Assembly (NCBI GenBank): GCA_000092065.1
Contig: CP000591.1
Source of the DNA: Ostreococcus lucimarinus
Lineage: Eukaryota
Length of the DNA stretch: 64,000 nucleotides
Direction: 5' to 3' (one strand)
In this document: piece by piece, positions 1-9,467 of the stretch
Layout: every line of letters begins with the position of its first letter
Numbering within the stretch: the stretch's first letter is position 1
Notes under the pieces: generated by a model
Databases searched by the model: none
What the model was told of the DNA's origin: nothing
What the model saw: the letters and a program-made list of their open reading frames with translations, nothing else
Program-made: the position numbers and the translations under genes

Positions 1-486
1 GCTTATGCTCAGCGTCTTCTTCCTCCCCGCCCTGTGCGCGCGCGCGTCGTCCCCCTCGTCCCCGCTCTCTCGCGCGAACTCTCCTCCCGCGCTCCCTCGT
101 CCGAAACCAAAGCTAAAATTACTCTCTCTCCACGCCCGCTCCACCTCGCTCGAAAAGTGTCGATGGTGCCTATCCACCGCCGCGCGCAGCGCGTCCACGT
201 TGAACACCCCATCCTGCCCCGCCGCGCCCTGGCTCGTCGCCCGCGCGCGCTCGCGACCCAACCCCGCGTCCGTTCGTTCGCCCTTCACCGCGCCGCTTCT
301 TCGCTCGACGTCCGTCTCGCGCGTCGTCGTCGTCGTCGTCGTCGCCGCCGCGCGCGCCTTATCGCGTCGGCTCGCGTCGTCGCCGTCCCGGCCCCGTCCC
401 GCGTCGCGCATCCGCGCCGTCGCGACGCCCCGCGCGCGAAAACCGTCGCGTTTTCGCGCGTCGCGTCGTTCGCGTCGTCCTTCGTC

Positions 487-523
<37 letters not shown>

Positions 524-849
524 GTGCGAATGCGTGAATGAACGAATGAATCTCTTCGTCGCGTCGCCGTCTCGCGCGCACGCGGACTCGCGGCGCCGCG
601 TCGCGCCCCGCCGTCGCGCCCGTGCCTACGCGCCGCGTCCGCGACGACGCGCGCGTCGGCGTGTGCGGCCGCGGTGAATCGATTCGAATCGTAAAGATTC
701 GCGAAAACACGCGCGCGGCGTCACATCGCGACGCGCGCGCGCCGGCGAAGCCGCGCGTCGACTCGACGTCGGACCGCGCGCGCGCGACGTCGCGGGACGA
801 CGCGCGCGCGACGCGGCGGCGCCGAACGACGCGTCGGAAGATTTAAAAG

Positions 850-3702
850 ATGCGCGGAAACAGATGCGCGGCGACGGCGCGCGCGACGGACGATCTGGGC
901 GCGCGAACGGCGGCGGCGGTGTGCGATGACGATCCGTTCGCGTTCGGGGCGCGCGCGCGGGCGCTGTTCGAGGACATCGACGGGGAGACGCTGGCGGAGG
1001 ACGACGACGACGACGACGACGACGCGAGACGCGGCGACGCGCGAAGGATCGGTCGGGGGGTGAGCGTGTTCGAGAAGGTGCGACGGGAGAAGGCGGGGAC
1101 GACGATGACGGCGACGACGGCGACGACGGCGACGGCGACGGCGACGGCGGAGGAAGAGGAAGAGGACGCGTTCGACGAGCCGAGGGCGAAGGCGAAGGCG
1201 AACGCGAAGAAGCCGGCGAAGGCGAAGGCGGGACGCGAGAGAGCGAGGGAAAAGACCGCGCGGGACGGCGGTGATGACGACGTGATGGTCGTGGACGACG
1301 ACGTCGGGGAGTGCGCGAGGCCGGCGGAGGATTTGTTTGACGAAGTCGCGGCGACGGGCGATAAGCGCGCGAAACGCGAGGTGAAGACGCTGGCGCGGCC
1401 GAAGAAGCGCGTCGTGGAGGCGCCGGCGGCGGTGGTCGAGACGCATGCGGTGATGCCGGCGCCGTCGGCGCGCGCGAAGGCGTCGACGACGGGGCGAATC
1501 CGGGCGTCGACGTCCGCCGCGGCGTCGGCGCCGCCGCCCGCGAAGAAGAAGAAGGTGTCGCTCAAGGAGTTCGCCGGGGAAGAAGACGGCGACGAGGGAG
1601 GGTTCGACGACGGCGAAGGCGACGACGACCACGGTCTGGTGCCGCAATCGGGCGCGCAGTTGGCGGACATCGATGAGGCCAACTACGCGGTGTCGGGGTT
1701 GTCCACCGTGAGGGACGTCAAGGAGAAGATGCGGTGCGTCGGCGTCTTGGCCAATTTGATGGGTAATCAGCGCACGCGCAGGCTGTTGGCGTCGTACGGC
1801 ATACCGATGAAGATCATCAAGGCTGCGCAAGACGCCGCGATGGCGCCGCACGCGCCCAATGCGTTGAAGTTTGGCGCCGCGGCGCTGTTGTATCTCGCCG
1901 CGAGCGATTTGCGGGCGCCCGCGACGGACGCGATGCGCAGCGTCAAGTCGGCGAACGCGATTCGCGCTTTGCTCCGTCCAGCGAGTTCGAGCGATGACGC
2001 GCTGTACTTGAAAACCGCCAACACGGTTCGCTCGGCGTTGAAGGCGTTGAAGTTTTTGCCGAACGAGGCCAAGGACGCGCCGACGCTCGCGCTCCTCGTC
2101 GCGCATCAAACGCTCAAGGGTGAGCAGGACGCCGTGCTCGCCTCGGGATCGGGTCCGGGCGCGGGTGACGTTGAAAATAGCTTCCGAACGATTTTGGCGA
2201 ATCAAGGCGCGGTGCTCGCGACGTGTGAACTCGTCGCGCAAGCCACGACGACGTTGAGCAAATTCGGCGGCGCGTGTTTCGTCGCGTCGGCGTCGGCATC
2301 GACGAACGATAGCGTTGACGACGAGTCCACGATCGAGGAGTACGAACAGAGTGCCGCGCGCGTGATCGCGCGTCTGTTCCGCGCGTCGCGTGTGCTCGAG
2401 TGTGTGAGCTTTGAATCGCCAGCCGCGTGCGCGGTGATTTCGACCTCGGCGCTTGGCGGATCGAAGAGAGACGACACGAACGCCGATGTGCGCCCTCTCG
2501 ACTTGCTCGCCGTGTCCACGACGCGCCTGGCGCCGGAAGACGGTCTGAACTCGTCGCGTGGCGATGGGAGAGGGGTTGAATCCGCGACGACGACGGCGGC
2601 GATTGATATCCCGTCGCCTTCGCCCGTCAAATCACGCATCCCGGGTGGAATCACGATGACCCCGCCGAGCACGCCCGGCGCGGTGCGCGTCGCTGGAACA
2701 TCCTACGACGACAACGATGGTTTAACCCCGCTTTCGTCTCCTGTACCGATCGGGTTGATGCAAACAGCCGCGACGCGAGACAACGCGGCAGCGATTCAGT
2801 GGTTGGCGGATAACGTGCGCACCCCCGTGAAGGGTGGATCGCACAACGCGCGAACGGCGTGTCGAGCACTCGTGGAGGCGCTTCCGACGCTTGCGGCGGC
2901 GACGACGGCGTCGGTCGTAGGCGCGAAGAAAGGAGACGTCGTGCAAGGCATCGAGATTCGTTACAACGCCGCCATCGCCGTCGACCACCGCGTCGCCGTC
3001 GGCGCGTTGAAATCCGCGTTGTGCACGCTGACGAACGTGACGAACGAGAATAAGGAGGGTTGTGACGCCGTCGTTGGGGAAGATAGTCGTGGATTACTCG
3101 TCATCGCGAGTTTAATTCCCTGGTTGGCGTTATCGATTGAAGGATTCACGCTTCGCGACGCGAAGGAGCGCAAGCGCACCCGAACGCCGACGGATGATTC
3201 CGGATCGTCACTCTTGAATGCCGCGCTGGTGTTGCTCGTCAACATCGTCGAAGCAGATGCGACGACGGCAGATGTCCTGCGCAACGCAATGGTGCGCTTA
3301 CCGGGCGACTCGTCTCGAGGCGCGTCCTTCGTCGAAGCGCTCACGATGTTGTACCTGCAGTCGGGCGGCGCCGACGAAGACGAAGACGAGGGCGAAAAAG
3401 AGACGGCCGAGGAGGCGCAACATCTCACGGCGGACATGATTAAATCTTACTCGTCGAAAACCAACGGCGACGATTTGATCTTACAGGCGTACTGCGGATT
3501 GTTGCTCGCGTTTTTGATCGAAGACGACGCCGCGTTGCGCGCCGAAGTCACGTCGACGTTTCCCGAAAAGCCGCAAGGCACTTCGCGTCTCAAGCCGTTG
3601 GCCGACACCCTCGAGCGTTTCCACGCGTTTCACGAGAGTTTGAATAGCATCTCTGCCGCGTCCAGCGAGCGACTGGTAAAGGTGGTGACCTGGCTCCGAT
3701 GA
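850..3702 (+). CDS. WAPL-like protein (possible cohesin release factor) with a long acidic, low-complexity N-terminal region
   Basis: 950-aa ORF. The C-terminal segment DDLILQAYCGLLLAFLIEDD...LERFHAFHESLN follows the pattern of the WAPL C-terminus (ASYTALLLGCL...KKFLSFMNL). Alpha-solenoid-like repeats lie upstream. Similarity is judged from memory and not verified. Confidence 0.4.
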   Translation: MRGNRCAATARATDDLGARTAAAVCDDDPFAFGARARALFEDIDGETLAEDDDDDDDDARRGDARRIGRGVSVFEKVRREKAGTTMTATTATTATATATAEEEEEDAFDEPRAKAKANAKKPAKAKAGRERAREKTARDGGDDDVMVVDDDVGECARPAEDLFDEVAATGDKRAKREVKTLARPKKRVVEAPAAVVETHAVMPAPSARAKASTTGRIRASTSAAASAPPPAKKKKVSLKEFAGEEDGDEGGFDDGEGDDDHGLVPQSGAQLADIDEANYAVSGLSTVRDVKEKMRCVGVLANLMGNQRTRRLLASYGIPMKIIKAAQDAAMAPHAPNALKFGAAALLYLAASDLRAPATDAMRSVKSANAIRALLRPASSSDDALYLKTANTVRSALKALKFLPNEAKDAPTLALLVAHQTLKGEQDAVLASGSGPGAGDVENSFRTILANQGAVLATCELVAQATTTLSKFGGACFVASASASTNDSVDDESTIEEYEQSAARVIARLFRASRVLECVSFESPAACAVISTSALGGSKRDDTNADVRPLDLLAVSTTRLAPEDGLNSSRGDGRGVESATTTAAIDIPSPSPVKSRIPGGITMTPPSTPGAVRVAGTSYDDNDGLTPLSSPVPIGLMQTAATRDNAAAIQWLADNVRTPVKGGSHNARTACRALVEALPTLAAATTASVVGAKKGDVVQGIEIRYNAAIAVDHRVAVGALKSALCTLTNVTNENKEGCDAVVGEDSRGLLVIASLIPWLALSIEGFTLRDAKERKRTRTPTDDSGSSLLNAALVLLVNIVEADATTADVLRNAMVRLPGDSSRGASFVEALTMLYLQSGGADEDEDEGEKETAEEAQHLTADMIKSYSSKTNGDDLILQAYCGLLLAFLIEDDAALRAEVTSTFPEKPQGTSRLKPLADTLERFHAFHESLNSISAASSERLVKVVTWLR

Positions 3703-3866
3703 CGAGACGATTTCGACGCCGATCGCGTAGCCGTGTGCGTTTTCTTGTGATAAAAATGAAACATCGTCGCCTTCGAAGACGACGCGGAGTGGTGCGATGC
3801 AAGCAAGGCAGTGCTTTTTCTTGTGCGCAGCTCGTAAAAAAACTTTTGCTCGCCAAAAGAGAAGTC

Positions 3867-3982
3867 GTGACCCAGGCAGGAGTCGAACCCGCAACCTTCA
3901 GATAACTTCAACGGCGTCCTCGCGTTCGCGAGGAGACTCTCGAATCACTGGAGTCTGACGCACTACCATTGTGCTACCGAGC
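3867..3982 (-). tRNA. tRNA-Trp (anticodon CCA) with a roughly 44-nt intron between positions 37 and 38
   Basis: The reverse complement reads GGCTCGG-TA-GCAC-AATGGTA-GTGC-G-TCAGA-CTCCAG[intron]A-TCTGA-AGGTT-GCGGG-TTCGACT-CCTGC-CTGGGTC-A. This closely matches eukaryotic tRNA-Trp (GTCTGACTCCAGATCAGAAGGTTGCG). The intron sits at the canonical position. Confidence 0.7.
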
Positions 3983-4612
3983 CATACATATTAAAGACAC
4001 ATTTAAGTCCATATGATATGACTAAATGAGCGATAAACTCCAATTAATGCGCCCTCTCGCGGGGATCGCACATGTGTTACGGGCGCGTCGACGCGCGACG
4101 CGTCGCGCGCGAATTCGCGGTCCACGTTCGCGCGCGCCGCACACTCCGCACGGATCTCTCACCCCCACCACACCTCTCGAGCGCGTTCCGCCCTCGTACG
4201 GTCGATAAAACGCACGCAGTTTTATCGTTTCATCGTTTCATCGCAGTTCAGGTGCGGGATTCGCGCGCGCGCGCGAGAAGGACGACATCGGGCGACACCG
4301 CGGGATTCGCGCGAGGGGTCGGTCGCGTCGCGCGGTGGATGCGCGACGCGACGCGGCGCGACGCGACGCGAATCCTCGTCGCGGTCGCGCGCGCGCGGGT
4401 TCGGCGATACGTTTTCGTCGACGTCGAACGCGCGCGCGAGGACGCGCGCGAAACGATCGACGAGGCGCGCGCGCGTCGATCGAACGCGACGAGGATTCGA
4501 GGGCGAGATAAAGATGGGAGCGAAGGCGGGAGCGAAGGCGGGAGCGAGCGAGCGAACGACTGACGCGATCGATCGTCGCGCCTGATGTAGACTACGAACA
4601 CACAGAAGAAGA

Positions 4613-4819
4613 ATGCCCGGCACGCAATCGGTATACGTCTCGCTGTCCATCCTCGCCCTGACGGGACTCGTCGGGACCGGGGTCGCCATCGGCTCGGGCG
4701 TGTCCATGATGTCCATGGCCATGGTCGAGGAAGAGCAAAAGCAGCAAGCGGTCGTGGCTTCCGTGAAGGAGGCGTCGGCGCGCGTGCCGTCTCGCGGTTT
4801 CGCCGCGAGCGGTAACTAG
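4613..4819 (+). CDS. hypothetical small membrane protein with a glycine-zipper TM helix
   Basis: 68-aa ORF in a lower-GC patch. It has a hydrophobic GLVGTGVAIGSGVSMM segment of GxxxG/GxGxG type followed by a charged tail. It may continue by splicing (GTAACT follows the stop). Very tentative. Confidence 0.2.
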   Translation: MPGTQSVYVSLSILALTGLVGTGVAIGSGVSMMSMAMVEEEQKQQAVVASVKEASARVPSRGFAASGN

Positions 4820-5014
4820 ACGGCCCGCCGTCGGTAAACATGTACCTACCGCCTTCACTTCCGGACGTCTCAAATCCGCCGTTCGTCGTGTTCGATACAT
4901 TCTTCACCTCCATCGTGTACCCGTAAAAGTTACTCACTTTCCTGATCTGTAATAAAAAGAAGCGGATGATGAAATATTAATTACACAAGTTTGTTTCGCG
5001 GTTTATTTCACTGC

Positions 5015-6946
5015 TTACTTGATTTTCATGACGTCCACGCGCGTGCGCTTGGCGACGTCGTGCGGGTGCGATTCGCCGTCGTCTTGTCCATCCGTCGTCG
5101 GGTGCACGACGATTTTCGCCAAGCCGCCGCCGACGGCGCCGCGCGCCAATCGACCGGGGTTGACGCACACGACGCCGTCGATGTCTTCGGCGAATGTTTT
5201 CAAGTCACTCGGCATGATCAACACGTCCGGGGTTTGCTTAAACGTCAGATCCTCGCCGTAACGCGCGTCCAAGCACGCCGACGCGTCCGGCGGGTACAGC
5301 GGGTACGCGCAGCCTTGCGTCAAGACGTGCTTGGCGAGACGCGCGAGGCGGTCTTTGGGCACGAATCCCTTGGAGATTTCTTGTGCGCTCAGATGCTTCA
5401 ACACGTCGTGCGAGCACGCGGAAAACACGATGCCGTTGATGGTGAACGTCCCGGGATTCGAGGCGGAGAACGCGCGCTTGGCGCGCGCCGCGTCGGCGCT
5501 CACGTACGCGTCGAGCGACGCCGCGGGTTGCGGGAACACGGGATCGAGCGTCACGTCGCGGATGCTCGGGACGAAGATCACTTTCGTGCGGATCGTCTCG
5601 TCCTTGAAGAGCTTGTCTTCAATCTTATCCACCACAACCTTGGCCACTTCGTCGTACGTCAACCCCCCGCACTCGGCGCGCTTGACAAAGGCGTTTTCGG
5701 CGTCCACGAGCGGGCCACACAAAACCAACGCGTCGGGATTTTCTTCGCGCACGTAATCCAACATATCGTTCAATGGCTCGTACTTCAAATCGCTCGAGCA
5801 CGAGAACGGCCCGCTGGCGACGATGACTTTCGTCCCTCTCGCGAACGCCGGCGACGTCTTTTTCGAACGCGCGGGCGCTCGCGCGGAGACGGCGTCGATG
5901 GATTTCGCCACCAAGCAGTGCCCCGCGGGGTTGCGCCCGCACACCTTGACGACTTGTCCCGGGAACAAGCTGTACTCTTTCATGTCGCGAAGCTCCAAGC
6001 GCACGCGCGCGCCGAACGAACCCTCGGTCGAGCCCTCGATGGCGACGGTTTTCTCCGTCAACTTGGCGTCGCCGGCGTGCGCGCTCACCACGCGCCCGAC
6101 AAAGTGTCCATCTTCGTCGCCAGTCTTTGACCCCACGGCGGAGACGCGCACGACGTCGGACGCCGAAGTCGTCGTCTGCGTCGCCTCGGTCGCCTTGACG
6201 TCCTCGTCGTCGTCCGCGTCGCCCAAAACCTCGAACAAATTCTCCGCGTCTCGAATGCGCTCGTCGACGACGCGCACGCGGTCGGAGATCCTATCCCGCA
6301 TGTATCGAAATTTGTCCGCGCTCACGATTTGCGTCATCGACACTTCGCTCTCTTCCGCGTCGTCCCGTTTCACCACGTCGCTTCCCAAGTGCGCGTTCAT
6401 CACCGTCCCCGCGCCGCCGTCGCTCCGACTCGCCAAACTCCCCGCGCTCCCCGGCGTCGCCGCGCGTTTCGCGTACTCACTCGTCTGCTCCCCCCCCACC
6501 GCGTTCAGCGCCTCCGACCACTCCCTCTTACTCCGCATCGGCGTTTTATACGTCCCCGTCGACGTCGATTCGCGTCTATCGCCACCCTTCGCGCTCGCCG
6601 GCGTCGTCGGCGTCGTCGGCGTCCCGCCCCGTCGTCGTTTTCTTCCGAATTCGCTCGTTTTCTGCGCCGTTTTCGTCGCGCTCTGCGATTCGCGCTGTTG
6701 TTTCCACGTCATCGCGAATCGTTCGAACGTTTCGATGCGCTCGATCGCGACGCTCTGGCGGTCTCGCGCGTCGAGCGTGTTCGAGAGTTCTAAATCAAAC
6801 ATCACCCAGCAGTCGGCGAGATCTTTCGACGTGAACGACAGCGCGCGCGCGACCGACGCGAGCGCGTCGCGGGCGACGTCGCTCGGGACGTCGAAGCCGT
6901 GCTCTTCGAAGCGCTCGCGGATGTCGGGCGGGAGGGCGGTCGTCAT
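5015..6946 (-). CDS. POLA2: DNA polymerase alpha subunit B (POLA2/Pol12)
   Basis: N-terminal domain followed by a calcineurin-like phosphoesterase domain with IVASGPF, LVLCGPLVD, KVIFVPSIRDV and VLIMPSDL motifs. Start taken at MTTALPPDIRERFEEHGF (ATG at 6946). The ORF-track extension to 7552 overlaps UGM in another frame and is run-through. Confidence 0.85.
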   Translation of the reverse strand: MTTALPPDIRERFEEHGFDVPSDVARDALASVARALSFTSKDLADCWVMFDLELSNTLDARDRQSVAIERIETFERFAMTWKQQRESQSATKTAQKTSEFGRKRRRGGTPTTPTTPASAKGGDRRESTSTGTYKTPMRSKREWSEALNAVGGEQTSEYAKRAATPGSAGSLASRSDGGAGTVMNAHLGSDVVKRDDAEESEVSMTQIVSADKFRYMRDRISDRVRVVDERIRDAENLFEVLGDADDDEDVKATEATQTTTSASDVVRVSAVGSKTGDEDGHFVGRVVSAHAGDAKLTEKTVAIEGSTEGSFGARVRLELRDMKEYSLFPGQVVKVCGRNPAGHCLVAKSIDAVSARAPARSKKTSPAFARGTKVIVASGPFSCSSDLKYEPLNDMLDYVREENPDALVLCGPLVDAENAFVKRAECGGLTYDEVAKVVVDKIEDKLFKDETIRTKVIFVPSIRDVTLDPVFPQPAASLDAYVSADAARAKRAFSASNPGTFTINGIVFSACSHDVLKHLSAQEISKGFVPKDRLARLAKHVLTQGCAYPLYPPDASACLDARYGEDLTFKQTPDVLIMPSDLKTFAEDIDGVVCVNPGRLARGAVGGGLAKIVVHPTTDGQDDGESHPHDVAKRTRVDVMKIK

Positions 6947-7068
6947 GGCGCGCGACGGCGTGTGGCGATCGCGCGGCGAGGCGTTTGAAAATTTAAAATC
7001 CGAGCTGTCGGGGGTGTACGAACGCGCGACGACGCGACGCGACGCGAAGCGCGCGGAATCGCGATCGA

Positions 7069-8433
7069 TCACTTCGGGCCGTCGCCCTCGCCCAGGACGG
7101 TCTTTTGGCGCTTCGCGTCGCGCGCGTCGCCGACGCTGAAGACGTCGTCGAAGGTTTCGAGCGCGTTTAAAAACGCCTGGTCCATGTTGAAGTACTTGTA
7201 ACTCGCGAGGCGGCCGACGAAGACGACGCCGGGCTCTTTCGCCGCCATGTCGCGGTACTTTTCGTATAACTCGCGGTTGGCGGGGTTGGGAACGGGGTAA
7301 TACGGCTCGCCGTGATCGCACGAGTACTCTTTGAAGACGACGGTGCCCGCGTGCTCGCGCGCCTCGCGCGGCTGGTTGGGCTTGTGCTTGTACTCGACGA
7401 CGCGCGTGTGCTCGACTTCCGGACCGGGGTAGTTGAGCTGTAAGCACGGTTGGTAGAAGAATGGTTTCGTTTTGTCCTCGCCCTCGTGGTACTCTTCGAA
7501 GAAACGCAGACTTCGGTACTCGAGCTTGGGCAAACCTTGAGACGCGTACCACGCGTCGATGGGGCCGGTGAAGACGACGAACTTTCGCGCCTTGCTTCTC
7601 AACATGTCTTTGTGCTCAAAAAAGTCGGTGTTCAGGCGCACGGTGATGTTCGGATCGCCCATGATCATATTTTCGAAAATCCTCGTGTACCCGTGCTTCG
7701 GCAACGCTTGGTGCGGATCGCTAAAGTACCTATCGTCGACGTCTTCGCGCACGGGTATCCTCGCCAAGACGCTCGCGTCCAGCTCCTCGGGGTACTTATC
7801 CCACTGCTTCTTCGTGTAATGCTTAAATATCGCCTCGTACAGCTCCGCCCCCGCCCTCGTCAGCGCGCTCTCTTCTCCGTTCTTCGGATTCTCGTTCACC
7901 GACCGTCTGGCGTCCAACCATCTTCGCGCGTCCTCGTCCGTCTTCAAATCCGCCTCGGGAAACAGCGCGTTGATCGTGTCCCTGTTCGGCGGCACCCCCA
8001 CGATTCGGTACCGCCTCCCCCCGTGTTCGTACTCCCCGTCCTCGCGCTCGATCGCCGCCTTCACTCGGTGTTCGTACGGCGTCCACTCGCTGAATCGATT
8101 CACGTATTCCCACACCCGCGCGTGCTTCGTGTGAAACAAGTGCACGCCGTACTGCGACACCCTGAACCCCTTCGCGTTCACGAAGTCGTAGCAGTTCCCG
8201 CCGACGTGATCGCGCTTGTCCACGAGAAGCGTCTTCATCCCGAGCTCTCGCGACGCGCGGCTCGCGAAGACGCAGCCCGAGATGCCGGCGCCGACGACGA
8301 CGAGGTCGAACTCGCGGTCGCGAATCCGCGCGTCGCTCGCGACGCCGGCGAACCAGCTCGGATCGTGGTCGTTGCCGCGACGGACGGAGACGTCCACGCC
8401 CGCCCACTCGTCGGCGTCGGCGCGCGCGCGCAT
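7069..8433 (-). CDS. UGM: UDP-galactopyranose mutase
   Basis: FAD-binding DLVVVGAGISGCVFA motif. The segments YTKKQWDKYPEELDASVLARIPV and PYYPVPNPANRELYEKY are typical of eukaryotic UGM (Glf). Start taken at MRARADADEW (8433). The upstream 208 aa of the track ORF are repeat and run-through. Confidence 0.85.
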   Translation of the reverse strand: MRARADADEWAGVDVSVRRGNDHDPSWFAGVASDARIRDREFDLVVVGAGISGCVFASRASRELGMKTLLVDKRDHVGGNCYDFVNAKGFRVSQYGVHLFHTKHARVWEYVNRFSEWTPYEHRVKAAIEREDGEYEHGGRRYRIVGVPPNRDTINALFPEADLKTDEDARRWLDARRSVNENPKNGEESALTRAGAELYEAIFKHYTKKQWDKYPEELDASVLARIPVREDVDDRYFSDPHQALPKHGYTRIFENMIMGDPNITVRLNTDFFEHKDMLRSKARKFVVFTGPIDAWYASQGLPKLEYRSLRFFEEYHEGEDKTKPFFYQPCLQLNYPGPEVEHTRVVEYKHKPNQPREAREHAGTVVFKEYSCDHGEPYYPVPNPANRELYEKYRDMAAKEPGVVFVGRLASYKYFNMDQAFLNALETFDDVFSVGDARDAKRQKTVLGEGDGPK

Positions 8434-8648
8434 GGCGACGCGACGCGGCGCGGTGTGCGGCGGAGCGGTCGGACGTCGGCGAACGACGACCGGTCGGCGA
8501 CGACCGCGGCGTCGCGCGCGACGTCGAGCGACGGCGCGCGCGCGTCGGCGCGTCGTCGACGTCGCGTCGGCGCGCGCTCTCGCGCCGTCGCGCGTCGCGT
8601 CGGGACACCGCGACGGCGTGAAGAGTCGAATCGTCACTTCGGCGCGCC

Positions 8649-8661
8649 ATGGGCGCCGCGC

Positions 8662-8723
<62 letters not shown>

Positions 8724-9467
8724 CCGCGCGACGCCGCGCGCGCGTCGTCGTCGCCGCCGGACGACGACGCGCCGACGCTCGCGCGCGCGCGCGAGGACGA
8801 CGCGACGCTGCGAACGAGCGAACCGTTGTTGACGCCGCGCGTGGCGCGCGCGCTGCGAGCGCGCGTCGAGCCGAGGGCGGGCGCGGTGACGTGGACGCGC
8901 GCGTTCGATTCGCGCGCGTGCGGATTGGCGAGTCTTCGTCGCGTCGTCGAGCGGTGCGCGGGCGTCGGACGCGCGCTCGTGCTCGTGCAACCCGAGGCGG
9001 CGGACGAGGCCGAGGCCGAGGACGAGGACGAGGCGTACTACGTCGCGCACGTCTCACCGGGTTTCCAAGCGAAGCCTCGGCACGATTTCCACGGCGACGA
9101 CGCGTGCAAGACGTTTCGCGTCGACGGAAAACGCGGCGTCGTCGTCGACACGTCCGGGGTCTCCGTCGCGCCGCTGTATTGCGCGTACGGCTACTCCCGA
9201 CACGGCGACGTCGTCAACGGGTTCGGGATGTTCGGTAAGATCGGGCGCCACGCCTTATTCGTGGACGCCGCCCTGGAAAACGCGCACGCGGACTTCGGCG
9301 CGCGTCGCTTCTCCGTGCGTCGCGTCGAAGTCTGGGCGCTTGAGGCGCGCGCGCCCGGAATCGACGCCGGCGCTTCGCCGCGCGCGGCGACGCGCGATCG
9401 AGCGACGATGGCGCAGTTTACGTCATCCGCGATCGCCCGCGACGTCCTCGACGCCACGACCGGCTGA
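8649..9467 (+). CDS. hypothetical protein whose C-terminal approximately 96 aa are duplicated downstream at 11611-11904
   Basis: 272-aa ORF. The N-terminus is low-complexity (MGAAPSSPSS..., possible MGxxxS myristoylation motif). A globular-looking region (AYYVAHVSPGFQAKPRHDFHGDD...GFGMFGKIGRHALFVDAALENAHADFG) spans the repeat boundary at 9175. No family recognised. Confidence 0.4.
8651..8726. repeat. (GTCGTCGCC)n microsatellite, about 8 units, in the divergent UGM / 8649-gene promoter and 5-prime region
   Basis: Direct reading. It translates as SPSSPSS on the plus strand and TTATTATT on the minus strand inside two different ORF extensions. Confidence 0.6.

Noticed and set aside
721-2241. Long Arg-rich ORFs antisense to or overlapping real genes. 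Examples: 721-2241 minus, 4991-6130 plus, 12761-14479 minus, 16870-17832 minus, 25498-26523 plus, 47572-48639 minus, 47722-48756 plus, 57445-57686 minus, 62885-63910 minus.
   Set aside because: In 70-78% GC DNA, stop codons are rare in every frame. These ORFs are dominated by Arg, Ala and Pro runs, lack any domain pattern, and overlap well-supported genes on the other strand or frame.
6947-7552. N-terminal extensions of track ORFs: POLA2 to 7552, UGM to 9057, the membrane protein to 39915, LIG4 from 38825, GT77 to 46963, the aminotransferase from 52556, DCP1 to 62003, the dehydrogenase from 61146, DENR to 63666 and LTO1 from 62948.
   Set aside because: The extensions are low-complexity, overlap the neighbouring gene in another frame, and the homologous protein begins at an internal Met. 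I trimmed to that Met.
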